Source of the DNA: a virus
Lineage: Duplodnaviria; Caudoviricetes
Direction: 5' to 3' (one strand)
DNA: 36,740 nucleotides
Virus record (IMG/VR): IMGVR_UViG_3300020464_000011
Span: 1-36,740 of that record
Position numbers and translations under genes: made by a program. A model generated the notes under the pieces. It worked only from the letters and a program-made list of their open reading frames with translations. It had not been told where the DNA came from and searched no databases. Positions 18,847 to 26,721 of this stretch are shown here, one piece after another (positions within the stretch are counted from its first letter, which is position 1; each line of letters opens with the position of its first letter).

Positions 18847-19077
18847 ATGATTTATAAAGCATTCCACCACGGCGCAAAGATGAGAGCCAAAAAAGACGCA
18901 GGCGGTAAGTGGATGGTCGGCGGTGACTACGACACAAACAACGCCCTCATCATGTTGCCTTCTGATAACTGGTCTGGATGGGGTTGGTATCAGTTGCGCG
19001 GCTGTGTTCTGAAGTTTCAAGACAACGCTGTAGAAGAAGAAATTGCGTTAACAGTAGACGAATGGGCGGCGGCTTAA
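18847..19077 (+). CDS. Hypothetical protein upstream of integrase
   Basis: 76 aa; strong AAGGGAG RBS. Confidence 0.7.
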   Translation: MIYKAFHHGAKMRAKKDAGGKWMVGGDYDTNNALIMLPSDNWSGWGWYQLRGCVLKFQDNAVEEEIALTVDEWAAA

Positions 19078-19103
19078 CAGCCCCGCCCTCAAGGGAGCAT
19101 GAC

Positions 19104-20264
19104 ATGCCTAAAAAAGTAGAAAGCTGTAGAGTGTATGAGCGCATTGGAAGACCCGGTGTTTGGACTATCGATATGCGTAAGCTTGGAAGAGGCCCAACTG
19201 TCGGTTCATATTCAAACAAACCTGATGCTATCGATGCAATGGTTGAGGCCGTCAATAATTTTAATAAAGGCACAATCGTTGCCCCGGTAAAGCCAACCAG
19301 TGTGCAGTCAGCCGCTGACAAATTTTTTGCTGAACAAAAAGGCCGGGCTGATTCAAAGCAAATAAGTAAAGCTCACAAGGATGAGATTGTGCGAGGTGTA
19401 AAGTTTTGTCTCAGCATCCGCATCGATGGGTTTGCATTGGCAAAGCACAACATATCTGACCTGATGCAAACAGCGACTAGGGGGCCAGTGGGGCTTGCCA
19501 TTATCTCTGGCATAGAAGCTGAGCAAAAATCTAAAGCGACTGCTGAGAAGCGCGTCAAAGCGATTAAGATGCTGTTTAATTATGCTGTGACGCAAGGTTG
19601 GGGTCAGGTCAATCCGTTAGACAAAATGTCGTTGATTGTAGAAGATGATTTGACTGATGATCGCGCTCCACGCATCCAGCCAGAGATTGTGCAGTCTGTT
19701 GTTACCGCATTGGACAATGAAAGCTTGTTGGTCAAGGCGATGGTGCTTACTGCCATAGCGTCTGGCATCCGACAAGGTGAGCTGCGCGCACTGCCTTGGT
19801 GCAATGTTAACTTCGATGAATGCACAATCAAAATTGATCGTGCCATCAAGCATCAATGCAAAGGTGTGGGCAAAACAAAAACCAAGCGCGGCAATCGTAC
19901 TGTGCCAATCCCAGCAGAGGTCATAGCTGTTCTGCGTCAGCTTAAAGTGTCATCCAAATATTCAGCCGCTGACGATTTTGTTTTTGCAAACAATGCTGGT
20001 GGTTTCCAGACCAAAAAAACTTTCCCTAAAATTATGGATCGTATCTGTGATCGTGCCGGGGTGCCGCTGATGCTTTGGGGTGACTTTCGACATTTCTTTG
20101 CCAGTGTCCAGATCAGCTCATTGGGTGAGGATTTTGCAGAGGTAGCTGCATTGATGGGACATGCTAACAGCGCGTTTACCTATCGCCAATACGGTCATTA
20201 TGTGAAGAACGCTGAGAAGCAAAAGCAAGTGACCAGCGCGACAGCCGCCGCAATGGGCATATAA
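19104..20264 (+). CDS. int: Tyrosine recombinase (phage integrase)
   Basis: GIRQGEL (R), KTKTKRG (K), DFRH (R), LMGH...YRQY (H, Y); start set at ATG 19104 after AGGGAG. Confidence 0.93.
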   Translation: MPKKVESCRVYERIGRPGVWTIDMRKLGRGPTVGSYSNKPDAIDAMVEAVNNFNKGTIVAPVKPTSVQSAADKFFAEQKGRADSKQISKAHKDEIVRGVKFCLSIRIDGFALAKHNISDLMQTATRGPVGLAIISGIEAEQKSKATAEKRVKAIKMLFNYAVTQGWGQVNPLDKMSLIVEDDLTDDRAPRIQPEIVQSVVTALDNESLLVKAMVLTAIASGIRQGELRALPWCNVNFDECTIKIDRAIKHQCKGVGKTKTKRGNRTVPIPAEVIAVLRQLKVSSKYSAADDFVFANNAGGFQTKKTFPKIMDRICDRAGVPLMLWGDFRHFFASVQISSLGEDFAEVAALMGHANSAFTYRQYGHYVKNAEKQKQVTSATAAAMGI

Positions 20265-20290
20265 AAAAGGGGGCGCTTGCCCCCCTCTCT
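20263..20290. terminator. Terminator between convergent operons
   Basis: A6-GGGGGC-GCTT-GCCCCC; U run on the minus strand. Confidence 0.75.
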
Positions 20291-20405
20291 ACAATCCAAG
20301 CAGCCTACGCCACCACGGCTTTGCTGCTTTTTTCTTTGCGGCCCAATATGCTTTGACCCGCTTGCTTTGGATCTCACGCTGTTTCTTTGTCCATTTTCTG
20401 CCCAT
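20289..20405 (-). CDS. 38-aa basic peptide, absent from the ORF track
   Basis: MGRKWTKKQREIQSKRVKAYWAAKKKAAKPWWRRLLGL; GAGGAG RBS. Confidence 0.7.
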   Translation of the reverse strand: MGRKWTKKQREIQSKRVKAYWAAKKKAAKPWWRRLLGL

Positions 20406-20415
20406 GTCGATCTCC

Positions 20416-21285
20416 TCAGAACGCAATTAGCTTGTCATCCAAGCTCACAGAAATGTCAGCCTTTGTTGATGATTTGCCAGCCTTATAATTTTTGTATGCC
20501 CGGCTAAGCAAAACGCTAAAATGGTGAGCGCGCAAAATAAACTCTCTGCTGTTCTTCATTCGGTTTACATTTTCCAAAAGAAAGGGAACCGGCGCTCTTG
20601 GCTTTGATCCTATGCCTTTGCAAAAATCATCAAAAAATTCTGTGATTTGTTTGCGTTGTCCTTTTTGTACGGCAACGTAAAAGAACGCGCCAACAACGCC
20701 TGTTTGCCATTTGGTTGTGTTGTAAACACGCTTAGCCAAATGTATTGATTCTTGTAACAAATTATGGTCAATTTCTTCTAAATATTTACGTTTGACCCAA
20801 TCGTTTGACACGCCAGACTTTGGCGAATCTGTCATCTCAGCTTCGTAAGCAATGATCATTTTTATGATTGTCGATGCTTTGCTGTAATTTGGTACACCCA
20901 TCATGGCTAGCGTGTCAGACGCATCACGCTTTTTACCAATGTCGATGTGGTGAAAAGTCTCCGGGTTGATCCCCCAAATGACATGTGTGTCGAATGGTGT
21001 GTTAGCCCTAACACAAGCCTCTAGACGATGTTGCCCATCTTTTAAAAGCCCGTCATCACCAAACTTAATGGTTTCGCCAGTGACGCTCCAATTCCTTTTG
21101 ACCATGTCTTTTGAGTAATTGATTATTTTTTTACTGCTTAATGGCCTGTTTTTGTGGTTGGTTTGGTCAAGACAATATTGGGCAACTTTTGGGCCAATGG
21201 TTACTACTATACTGCCAGCAGGCGGCTTGCCTAAATATTTGTCTAACACGCTTTCACTAAGCATTTTCGGTTTCATTGATAACAT
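20416..21285 (-). CDS. ParB/Srx-fold protein with DGQHR motif
   Basis: NRPLS...GETIKF...LKDGQHRLEA; GGGAG RBS. Confidence 0.75.
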   Translation of the reverse strand: MLSMKPKMLSESVLDKYLGKPPAGSIVVTIGPKVAQYCLDQTNHKNRPLSSKKIINYSKDMVKRNWSVTGETIKFGDDGLLKDGQHRLEACVRANTPFDTHVIWGINPETFHHIDIGKKRDASDTLAMMGVPNYSKASTIIKMIIAYEAEMTDSPKSGVSNDWVKRKYLEEIDHNLLQESIHLAKRVYNTTKWQTGVVGAFFYVAVQKGQRKQITEFFDDFCKGIGSKPRAPVPFLLENVNRMKNSREFILRAHHFSVLLSRAYKNYKAGKSSTKADISVSLDDKLIAF

Positions 21286-21487
21286 CTTCTTCGCTCCCTT
21301 TCATTTTACGAATACGATCAATTTCTTCGGCGGGTATCCACCACTTGCGGCCATCCCTGACGCTGGCCAATGTGCCTTTTTTCAACAGGCGATAGGTTGC
21401 ATCCCTTGTGCCGGGTGTCCATCTGCCAAACAGCGCCACGGCTGTATTGCGAACATCCAGCAAGGCAGGGCCGGGGTTCCTATCCAT
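21257..21487 (-). CDS. xis: Excisionase-like HTH protein
   Basis: From ATG 21487 (GGAGG RBS): LLDVRNTA...TYRLLKKGTLASVRDGRKWWIPAEEI, a MerR/HTH_17 pattern. Confidence 0.75.
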   Translation of the reverse strand: MDRNPGPALLDVRNTAVALFGRWTPGTRDATYRLLKKGTLASVRDGRKWWIPAEEIDRIRKMKGSEEDVINETENA

Positions 21488-21833
21488 TGTTAAACCTCCC
21501 ACCAAAGCCACCGCCTGATGGTGCAGCCGGGGCAGCATCATTGTCTTGCGGCTCTTCGTAAGGCTTGTTGGCAAAAATATTGACAGACCCAAGAAGCTTG
21601 TCGTTCTTGTAATCATCATCAACAGACTGATTAAATTTTACATTGAATTGCAGATCATGTTTGATGACCAAATCGCGGATCGTGTTGCAAGCCGCAATCT
21701 TTTGCTCATCGAACTTGTCTGCCTTTTTAGGGTTAACCCAGCAAGCTAGCTTCAGCTTTAATGGTTCCCCGGACGCGCTACGAATACACTCCATCTGAGT
21801 GTTATTGTTTGTGAATGTTGGTCTGTTGCTCAT
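21480..21833 (-). CDS. Putative ssDNA-binding protein
   Basis: Follows Erf; 117 aa with a flexible Pro/Ala/Gly tail ending in Phe-containing residues. Confidence 0.45.
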   Translation of the reverse strand: MSNRPTFTNNNTQMECIRSASGEPLKLKLACWVNPKKADKFDEQKIAACNTIRDLVIKHDLQFNVKFNQSVDDDYKNDKLLGSVNIFANKPYEEPQDNDAAPAAPSGGGFGGRFNNG

Positions 21834-22417
21834 TTAAAGCCCTCCATTTTTTTGTCGTATTCATCACCCACAGTTTTGTAAATATCAGGCGCTGCGGTTT
21901 CAGCCTGCACAATTATTTTTTCATTGTCGTCAGTCCATTTATCAAGCTGCGCTCTGTTGCATGTTTTAATTGTGGCAAGCGCCTCGTCAGCCCAGCCTTT
22001 CCAATCAAAGTTTGCCTCACCATCGTCATCATCATCGTCATCAAGCTCAGCGATCCCGGCGGCAAGGCCAAGGATGCCTTGCAAGAGATATCGCCGCCCA
22101 TATGACATTGCAGAGCCAAGCTTCTGGCAATGCGTCATGTCATCGACAATAAGGGGCCAAGCCAGATCAGGTGATGACCAGCTCACGCCACTGCTATGCA
22201 CAATGACCGGGGATATAAAATACTCATTGTTTTCGGTGCGCCGCACAGGGAATGAAATACCAATGCCATGATCTTTTGCTGCTTTTTTGACAAGCGTCAT
22301 CATTGATCCGATTGATGCGTACTGTGATCGATTGCCAGTTTTGTCCAGATTCATAGCTTCATTAGATTCTTGGAATGCAACCAGTGCCGTTGCGATGGCC
22401 TCTGGCATTGCAGTCAT
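21830..22417 (-). CDS. erf: Erf-family ssDNA annealing protein
   Basis: YASIGSM, QKLGSAMSYGRRYLLQGILGL and DDDGE. Confidence 0.88.
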   Translation of the reverse strand: MTAMPEAIATALVAFQESNEAMNLDKTGNRSQYASIGSMMTLVKKAAKDHGIGISFPVRRTENNEYFISPVIVHSSGVSWSSPDLAWPLIVDDMTHCQKLGSAMSYGRRYLLQGILGLAAGIAELDDDDDDDGEANFDWKGWADEALATIKTCNRAQLDKWTDDNEKIIVQAETAAPDIYKTVGDEYDKKMEGFK

Positions 22418-22743
22418 CGTGACATCTCCATCATGCCAAGCATTGTCAGCAAGTAGATTGCAGCCGGTCTGCCAGCTACTGTTTTGCGCGTTGCTTGCGT
22501 TTTAAAAACCAGCTTCAATTGCTCCAGCTTGACCCGCGCCGGGCGGTAGCTGTTGCCGGTCATGCCGGTGGCGGTGCAACCCTCTTCATCCGTGAGGCCG
22601 CGCTTGTCGTGGGCTTGTAGCGCCTCAAGAACCTTCACCATGTTCTTCCCAAACTTGGGCTTGATCTTGGCGGCTGACGCTGAGCTGGTGGGGCTGTGGG
22701 CCTGATGCGGCGGTTCGATATCAAACAGATCTTGTATCATCAT
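22414..22743 (-). CDS. Winged-helix DNA-binding protein
   Basis: Start at ATG 22743; TSSASA..KVLEAL..GLTDEE..NSYRPARVKLEQLKLV. Confidence 0.65.
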   Translation of the reverse strand: MMIQDLFDIEPPHQAHSPTSSASAAKIKPKFGKNMVKVLEALQAHDKRGLTDEEGCTATGMTGNSYRPARVKLEQLKLVFKTQATRKTVAGRPAAIYLLTMLGMMEMSR

Positions 22744-22894
22744 CGTTGTCACTTTCCTTGAGGGTTGAGTTGATTGCGTTGAGCAACACGCCACGAGCGA
22801 TGGCATCGTTTTGCATTTGCTCAAGAATGTGCCGAATGCGGCGTAGTTCGATTTCTGATTCGGTTAGTCTTTTGCGTGTGAAAATTTCAAACAT
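22721..22894 (-). CDS. Small coiled-coil hypothetical protein
   Basis: 57 aa from ATG 22894; GGAG RBS; coupled to the exonuclease stop. Confidence 0.6.
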   Translation of the reverse strand: MFEIFTRKRLTESEIELRRIRHILEQMQNDAIARGVLLNAINSTLKESDNDDDTRSV

Positions 22895-23901
22895 CAGGAT
22901 CTCCAAATCTTTTGAGCGCGGTCTATGAGTTCTGGTGGTAAATCACGCCACACAAACATGTGATCCCATTGCGGGTCACAGAGCTTCAACAGCTCTTCAG
23001 TGGTGTTGGCGGTGGCAAGTAGGCGTTCACGCCGCATGCAGGCTTCCCTGATGGCGGCAACCCCGGCATGTAATTGATCCAGCTCTGGCTTGAACACGCG
23101 ATAGCCAAGCCTGTTGGCATACACAATTTGCGGCCATATCCCGGTAATGTGCCAATAGCCAGAAATCTGCATGAGGTTTGGAAAAGTAATTTCTTTGGGC
23201 AAACTGCCAGCGCTGGGCTTGTCAGTGTGGGCTTTGGTATCCCACTTGGTTTTCAGCTCGACGCCGCCGTCTTGGTAATCGGTATAACCAAGGTAAGGCA
23301 GCGTTACATCGTCAAAATTACCTTTGATTTTCTTTTGCCCGGTGATGCGGTTGGCACCGGCAAACGCCTCGCGCAAGCCATCTAATGCATTGCTGCACAC
23401 CAGCTCAAATTCAGTGTGGGTTGGGATAATATCTTTTTTAGGAACAGAACCATCAGCGCCATAGCGCACTGTGGTTTTGTGTTCAATCTCACGCTTGTCT
23501 TTGTCAGTGTCACGCCATTCAGCGCCATGAAAGCAGTGCAGCTCATTGATTGCGTTCTTAAACGCATCAGCCGGGCTGACATCATTTACAGCAACATCAG
23601 TGCAATAGTTCTCAACGGCCCTCCCAGAGATCAATGGCGGCTTATCGCCTGTTTGTGGTTTGCCCCGGCTGTCAATGTAAAAGCCATGCATGTCGAGGAT
23701 GCGTTGTGCTTCAGCCTTATTGCCTTTTGCTTCTCCAGCTATGACCGCCTTGGCATTCTCCAGCTCTGGTCTAACAACAGCTTTGTCATAGAAGGTGAAG
23801 CCGTCAGGCTTGTTTGGCTGGCTGTGATGATAGTAAGAGTGCCGGGCTGATTGCCTGACAAAGTCTTGTTTCTGTGGTTTAGAAAAGTTTTTAAACGACA
23901 A
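22894..23901 (-). CDS. PD-(D/E)xK exonuclease (Erf partner)
   Basis: GYTDY..VELKTK..LMQISGYW motifs; TTG start with AGGAG RBS; first gene of the leftward early operon. Confidence 0.75.
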   Translation of the reverse strand: MSFKNFSKPQKQDFVRQSARHSYYHHSQPNKPDGFTFYDKAVVRPELENAKAVIAGEAKGNKAEAQRILDMHGFYIDSRGKPQTGDKPPLISGRAVENYCTDVAVNDVSPADAFKNAINELHCFHGAEWRDTDKDKREIEHKTTVRYGADGSVPKKDIIPTHTEFELVCSNALDGLREAFAGANRITGQKKIKGNFDDVTLPYLGYTDYQDGGVELKTKWDTKAHTDKPSAGSLPKEITFPNLMQISGYWHITGIWPQIVYANRLGYRVFKPELDQLHAGVAAIREACMRRERLLATANTTEELLKLCDPQWDHMFVWRDLPPELIDRAQKIWRS

Positions 23902-23926
23902 AGAACCGCTCCTAAAGTTTGGAACG

Positions 23927-23957
23927 GTTCTATCAGTTCATGACATACAGTGTCAAG
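23927..23957 (-). promoter_or_regulatory. Leftward early promoter with operator (PL/OL-like)
   Basis: Minus strand TTGACA-18-TAGAAC; operator TGACA-TACAG-TGTCA at 23941-23955. Confidence 0.7.
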
Positions 23958-23981
23958 CGTTATGCTTGTAGGGCATAAAAT

Positions 23982-24851
23982 TTAATCTCTGATGTGTATA
24001 ACCTCGCCTGTTGCGTCATCATGTATAACCTTTGTAGCGTCTTTTGTTATCTCATCCAAATGCGCTTGATGCTGCGAGCCAGCCTTGCCATCCGGCACAA
24101 TGTCGTAAATATCACCATATTCTTTTTTACGCGCAGCAGACTGCGGCAAAATAATTTTTTCATGATGCTTTGCAATAAAAGGCGATTCGTAAGGAATAAT
24201 GGATGCAAGATCACCAGTGCGATGGAATTTAGTTTCCATGATAGGGCTGGCCCAAGACAATTCGATATCTGTACGAGTTCGCTTTTTGGGATCTTCAACG
24301 CCCATCATATTCGTCAAAGTGTATTTATCGTTGTGGGGTTGTGGCCAGACAATACCACAAACCATTACTCCGTTTTTAGTCATGGCATACGAGAGACACA
24401 TTAAAGATCGGCGATCAATAATTCTTTTTTCTACAGCAGAAATATCAACAAGGTGAACAGCGCCATTGAGATGAAAAAATGATCCCCGGTAATTACTACT
24501 AAGTTCCCACACAACAGCACCATAATGGTGATCGTAGTTGCCGTGGACTAAAACGCCTTTTTTGTAATATTCTGGATAGACTGAAAATCTACAAGTGCAT
24601 TTTGGGTTGCCTGTTTGCTCACAATTTCTCCAAGCACCAATGATTGGCAACGGAGCGCTTGTATAAGCGATCTCATGCGGCTTGCAATTAAGGATGCGCG
24701 CATAGTCGTCAACATCTTGGAGGGTCATTGAGATTTTACTGTGAATGTGGCGCGATACCGTTTCTGGTGTCACGCCCTTTTCTTCAGCGACTACCTTCTT
24801 TGACATGCCAGATTGGCTGATCATTTCGTTAAGATTGTTTGCCATGTTCAT
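23982..24851 (-). CDS. CI-like repressor (XRE HTH plus atypical C-terminal domain)
   Basis: LNEMISQSGMSKKVVAEEKGVTPETVSRHI HTH; start 24851 with AAGGGG RBS; divergent from the cro-like gene. Confidence 0.8.
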   Translation of the reverse strand: MNMANNLNEMISQSGMSKKVVAEEKGVTPETVSRHIHSKISMTLQDVDDYARILNCKPHEIAYTSAPLPIIGAWRNCEQTGNPKCTCRFSVYPEYYKKGVLVHGNYDHHYGAVVWELSSNYRGSFFHLNGAVHLVDISAVEKRIIDRRSLMCLSYAMTKNGVMVCGIVWPQPHNDKYTLTNMMGVEDPKKRTRTDIELSWASPIMETKFHRTGDLASIIPYESPFIAKHHEKIILPQSAARKKEYGDIYDIVPDGKAGSQHQAHLDEITKDATKVIHDDATGEVIHIRD

Positions 24852-24963
24852 AACGTAAGCCCCTTTGTCACAATGTGTCAAACTGATTTGTCTATACCTA
24901 AATATCTTGTCATCACATGTCAAGTCTGATACTACAACTATCAAAATAGTTGAGGAATTAGGC
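24852..24963. promoter_or_regulatory. Lysis-lysogeny switch (divergent promoters, two operators)
   Basis: TGTCA-CAATG-TGTCA (24866-80) and TGTCA-TCACA-TGTCA (24908-22); TTGACA on the minus strand at 24923-18 and TTGTCA on the plus strand at 24907-12. Confidence 0.75.
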
Positions 24964-25182
24964 ATGACACTTGATCAATACAGACAGGCCAAAGGGCTTA
25001 GTTATTCAGCGCTGGCGCGGGTTACCGGCGCTTCTCATGCGGCAGTAGCCCGGCGCTGGTGTCTGCCAAGCAGCCACAAGGACGCAAAAATACCCTCACG
25101 CAAATTTATGCTGCGAATCGTAAGTGTCACTGATGGGGCCGTCCAGCCCACCAGTTTTTACGCTGTTGGATTGAATGACTGA
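24964..25182 (+). CDS. cro: Cro-like HTH regulator
   Basis: MTLDQYRQAKGLSYSALA...VARRW...IP...IVSVTDGAVQPTSF; GAGGA RBS. Confidence 0.82.
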   Translation: MTLDQYRQAKGLSYSALARVTGASHAAVARRWCLPSSHKDAKIPSRKFMLRIVSVTDGAVQPTSFYAVGLND

Positions 25183-25591
25183 AGATCAGCTCCAAGACTA
25201 TGTCGTGCAGTGGCTTGATGCGTCACTGCCGGTCAATGCCGTCTTGCATCACAGCCCCAACGAGGGAACCCGGCATATCAGTTACAAGCGCCGCTTGAAA
25301 AAGCTTGGCACAAAGTGGGGCTGGCCTGACTTGGAACTGTTTATTGATGATGCCGGGTGGCTGGCCAATGTGCAGCGTTTGCCAATCTTCATAGAATTGA
25401 AGCGGCCCAAGGGCGGCAAGGTTTCCGACAATCAAAAGAGAATGCATGAAGAGCTGAGCGCGGCTGGCGCGCATCTTGTTGTGGCCAAGAAGCTGCAAGA
25501 GGTTGAGCTGTTCCTCAAGCCGCTCATCAAGCTGCGTCAGACAAGTCAGGCCAAGCTTGTAAAGCAGATCTGCGAGGCGGCTGGTGGTTAA
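25175..25591 (+). CDS. VRR-NUC nuclease / Holliday junction resolvase
   Basis: TEDQLQ..HHSPNEG..GWPDL..FIELK..GKVSDNQK. Confidence 0.85.
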   Translation: MTEDQLQDYVVQWLDASLPVNAVLHHSPNEGTRHISYKRRLKKLGTKWGWPDLELFIDDAGWLANVQRLPIFIELKRPKGGKVSDNQKRMHEELSAAGAHLVVAKKLQEVELFLKPLIKLRQTSQAKLVKQICEAAGG

Positions 25592-25778
25592 TCTCAGAGA
25601 CATTGTGATCCCGGTCATCAGACACCCGGATGTTGGTGTCGAGTACATGAAGGAATGCCCCGAATGCTTGGCGCTGGGTTGCTGGGAGTGTGATTACAGC
25701 GGCCATCGACAACTGACAGAGGAGGAAGAAATTGCTGTGTACCAAATGTTCCAGCGACACCATTGTCAAAGACAGTAG
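25584..25778 (+). CDS. Small zinc-finger protein
   Basis: CPECLALGCWECDYSG; GTG start with GAGG RBS. Confidence 0.5.
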   Translation: MVNLRDIVIPVIRHPDVGVEYMKECPECLALGCWECDYSGHRQLTEEEEIAVYQMFQRHHCQRQ

Positions 25779-26067
25779 GTGGCACGACAACAACACAATC
25801 AGGCGGCGTAGGGCTTGCCTCAAGTGCGATCATCGATTTTCCACCAGTGAAGAACTGTTCATACCCATGCCGATAGCCAAAGGGCCAGCTCCAAAGCTAA
25901 GGGTCAAAACTGAGTACCGGCAAAAGTTTGTTCCAAAGCCAAGAGTTCAACCGGCTGAGCTGCACCACAAGGAAGACATAGAGCCGTCATTTGCTACTGA
26001 AAATCTTAGCGATGAAGAGCTGGAAGCGATGATTTTTGAGGGAAAGATATATGTCGATGAGGACTAA
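25732..26067 (+). CDS. NrdR-like zinc-ribbon protein lacking the ATP cone
   Basis: CTKC..TIVKDSR..IRRRRACLKCDHRFSTSE; GGAGG RBS. Confidence 0.8.
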   Translation: MLCTKCSSDTIVKDSRWHDNNTIRRRRACLKCDHRFSTSEELFIPMPIAKGPAPKLRVKTEYRQKFVPKPRVQPAELHHKEDIEPSFATENLSDEELEAMIFEGKIYVDED

Positions 26068-26458
26068 GGCGCTCATAGAAGCCGACAGAGAGCTGTCGAG
26101 GCTGTTGCAGCTAGGGTTGGGGCCATTTGCCATTGCAGAGGCTTACAGCGTCCCTGTGCGCCGTTTAGGCACTGATGCACAGCTTGAGGTTGATGAAAAC
26201 CACCAATCATTGCCGGAATACCTCAAAGGAACCCCCGGCATTCTTACATGGGATTATTTGCGGTCAGCGCTGGCTGATCAAATCATGGAGATTTGGCTCA
26301 ATGAAGAAAAAGAAACGGCACTTTGCAATGAAGCAAAGCGCAACGGAACATTGCGTTGTCTGCAACAGGGAACACCGGGTGGACGAGGGGACATGGATCA
26401 TATTGGGAACCGGGCAACTGACATGCAGCAACAACAAGTGTTGGAGAATATTGCATGA
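26051..26458 (+). CDS. Hypothetical protein
   Basis: Open frame overlapping both neighbours; start at 26051 or 26057 is uncertain. Confidence 0.55.
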   Translation: MSMRTKALIEADRELSRLLQLGLGPFAIAEAYSVPVRRLGTDAQLEVDENHQSLPEYLKGTPGILTWDYLRSALADQIMEIWLNEEKETALCNEAKRNGTLRCLQQGTPGGRGDMDHIGNRATDMQQQQVLENIA

Positions 26459-26582
26459 GCGCTCCACAAGATCTAGCGAAAGAAGCCGCACAGACAATGG
26501 CAGACCGGGGCAAGAAGCTGGGGCCGTATCAGCCACTGTACAAGGAGCTAGCCATAAGGTGGTCACTGGTGATGGGCGTTGA
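26301..26582 (+). CDS. Possible overlapping zinc-binding protein
   Basis: GGAG RBS, ATG 26301, CVVC...CSNNKC; fully overlapped by two other ORFs. Confidence 0.45.
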   Translation: MKKKKRHFAMKQSATEHCVVCNREHRVDEGTWIILGTGQLTCSNNKCWRILHERSTRSSERSRTDNGRPGQEAGAVSATVQGASHKVVTGDGR

Positions 26583-26721
26583 GGTCACGCCAGCTCAGAC
26601 AGCCAGAATGCTTGTCGAGATGAAGCTTGCGAGATGGAACGCCGGGTATGACAAGGATCATGCGGTGGACGGTGCCAATTACAGCTTTATAGCAGCGGCA
26701 TTGGAAAGCGAATCGAAATGA
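26455..26721 (+). CDS. DUF6378-like (MazG-type helical) phage protein
   Basis: DRG..LG..LAIRWS..TARMLVEMKLAR..DHAVDGANY pattern; GGAG RBS. Confidence 0.65.
   Translation: MSAPQDLAKEAAQTMADRGKKLGPYQPLYKELAIRWSLVMGVEVTPAQTARMLVEMKLARWNAGYDKDHAVDGANYSFIAAALESESK

Noticed and set aside
18978-19103. Longer integrase start at 18978
   Set aside because: Overlaps the upstream gene and lacks an RBS; ATG 19104 has AGGGAG.
22020-22045. TCA/TCG trinucleotide run as a contingency repeat
   Set aside because: Encodes the acidic DDD tract normal for Erf proteins; mixed codons.
23884-23901. Exonuclease and ORF 26718 both begin MSFKNF
   Set aside because: Only six residues, different codons and no further similarity; most likely chance plus AT-rich start bias.
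24852-24965. N-terminal extensions of the CI-like and Cro-like ORFs given in the track
   Set aside because: They run across the operator region; RBS-supported starts are 24851 and 24964.
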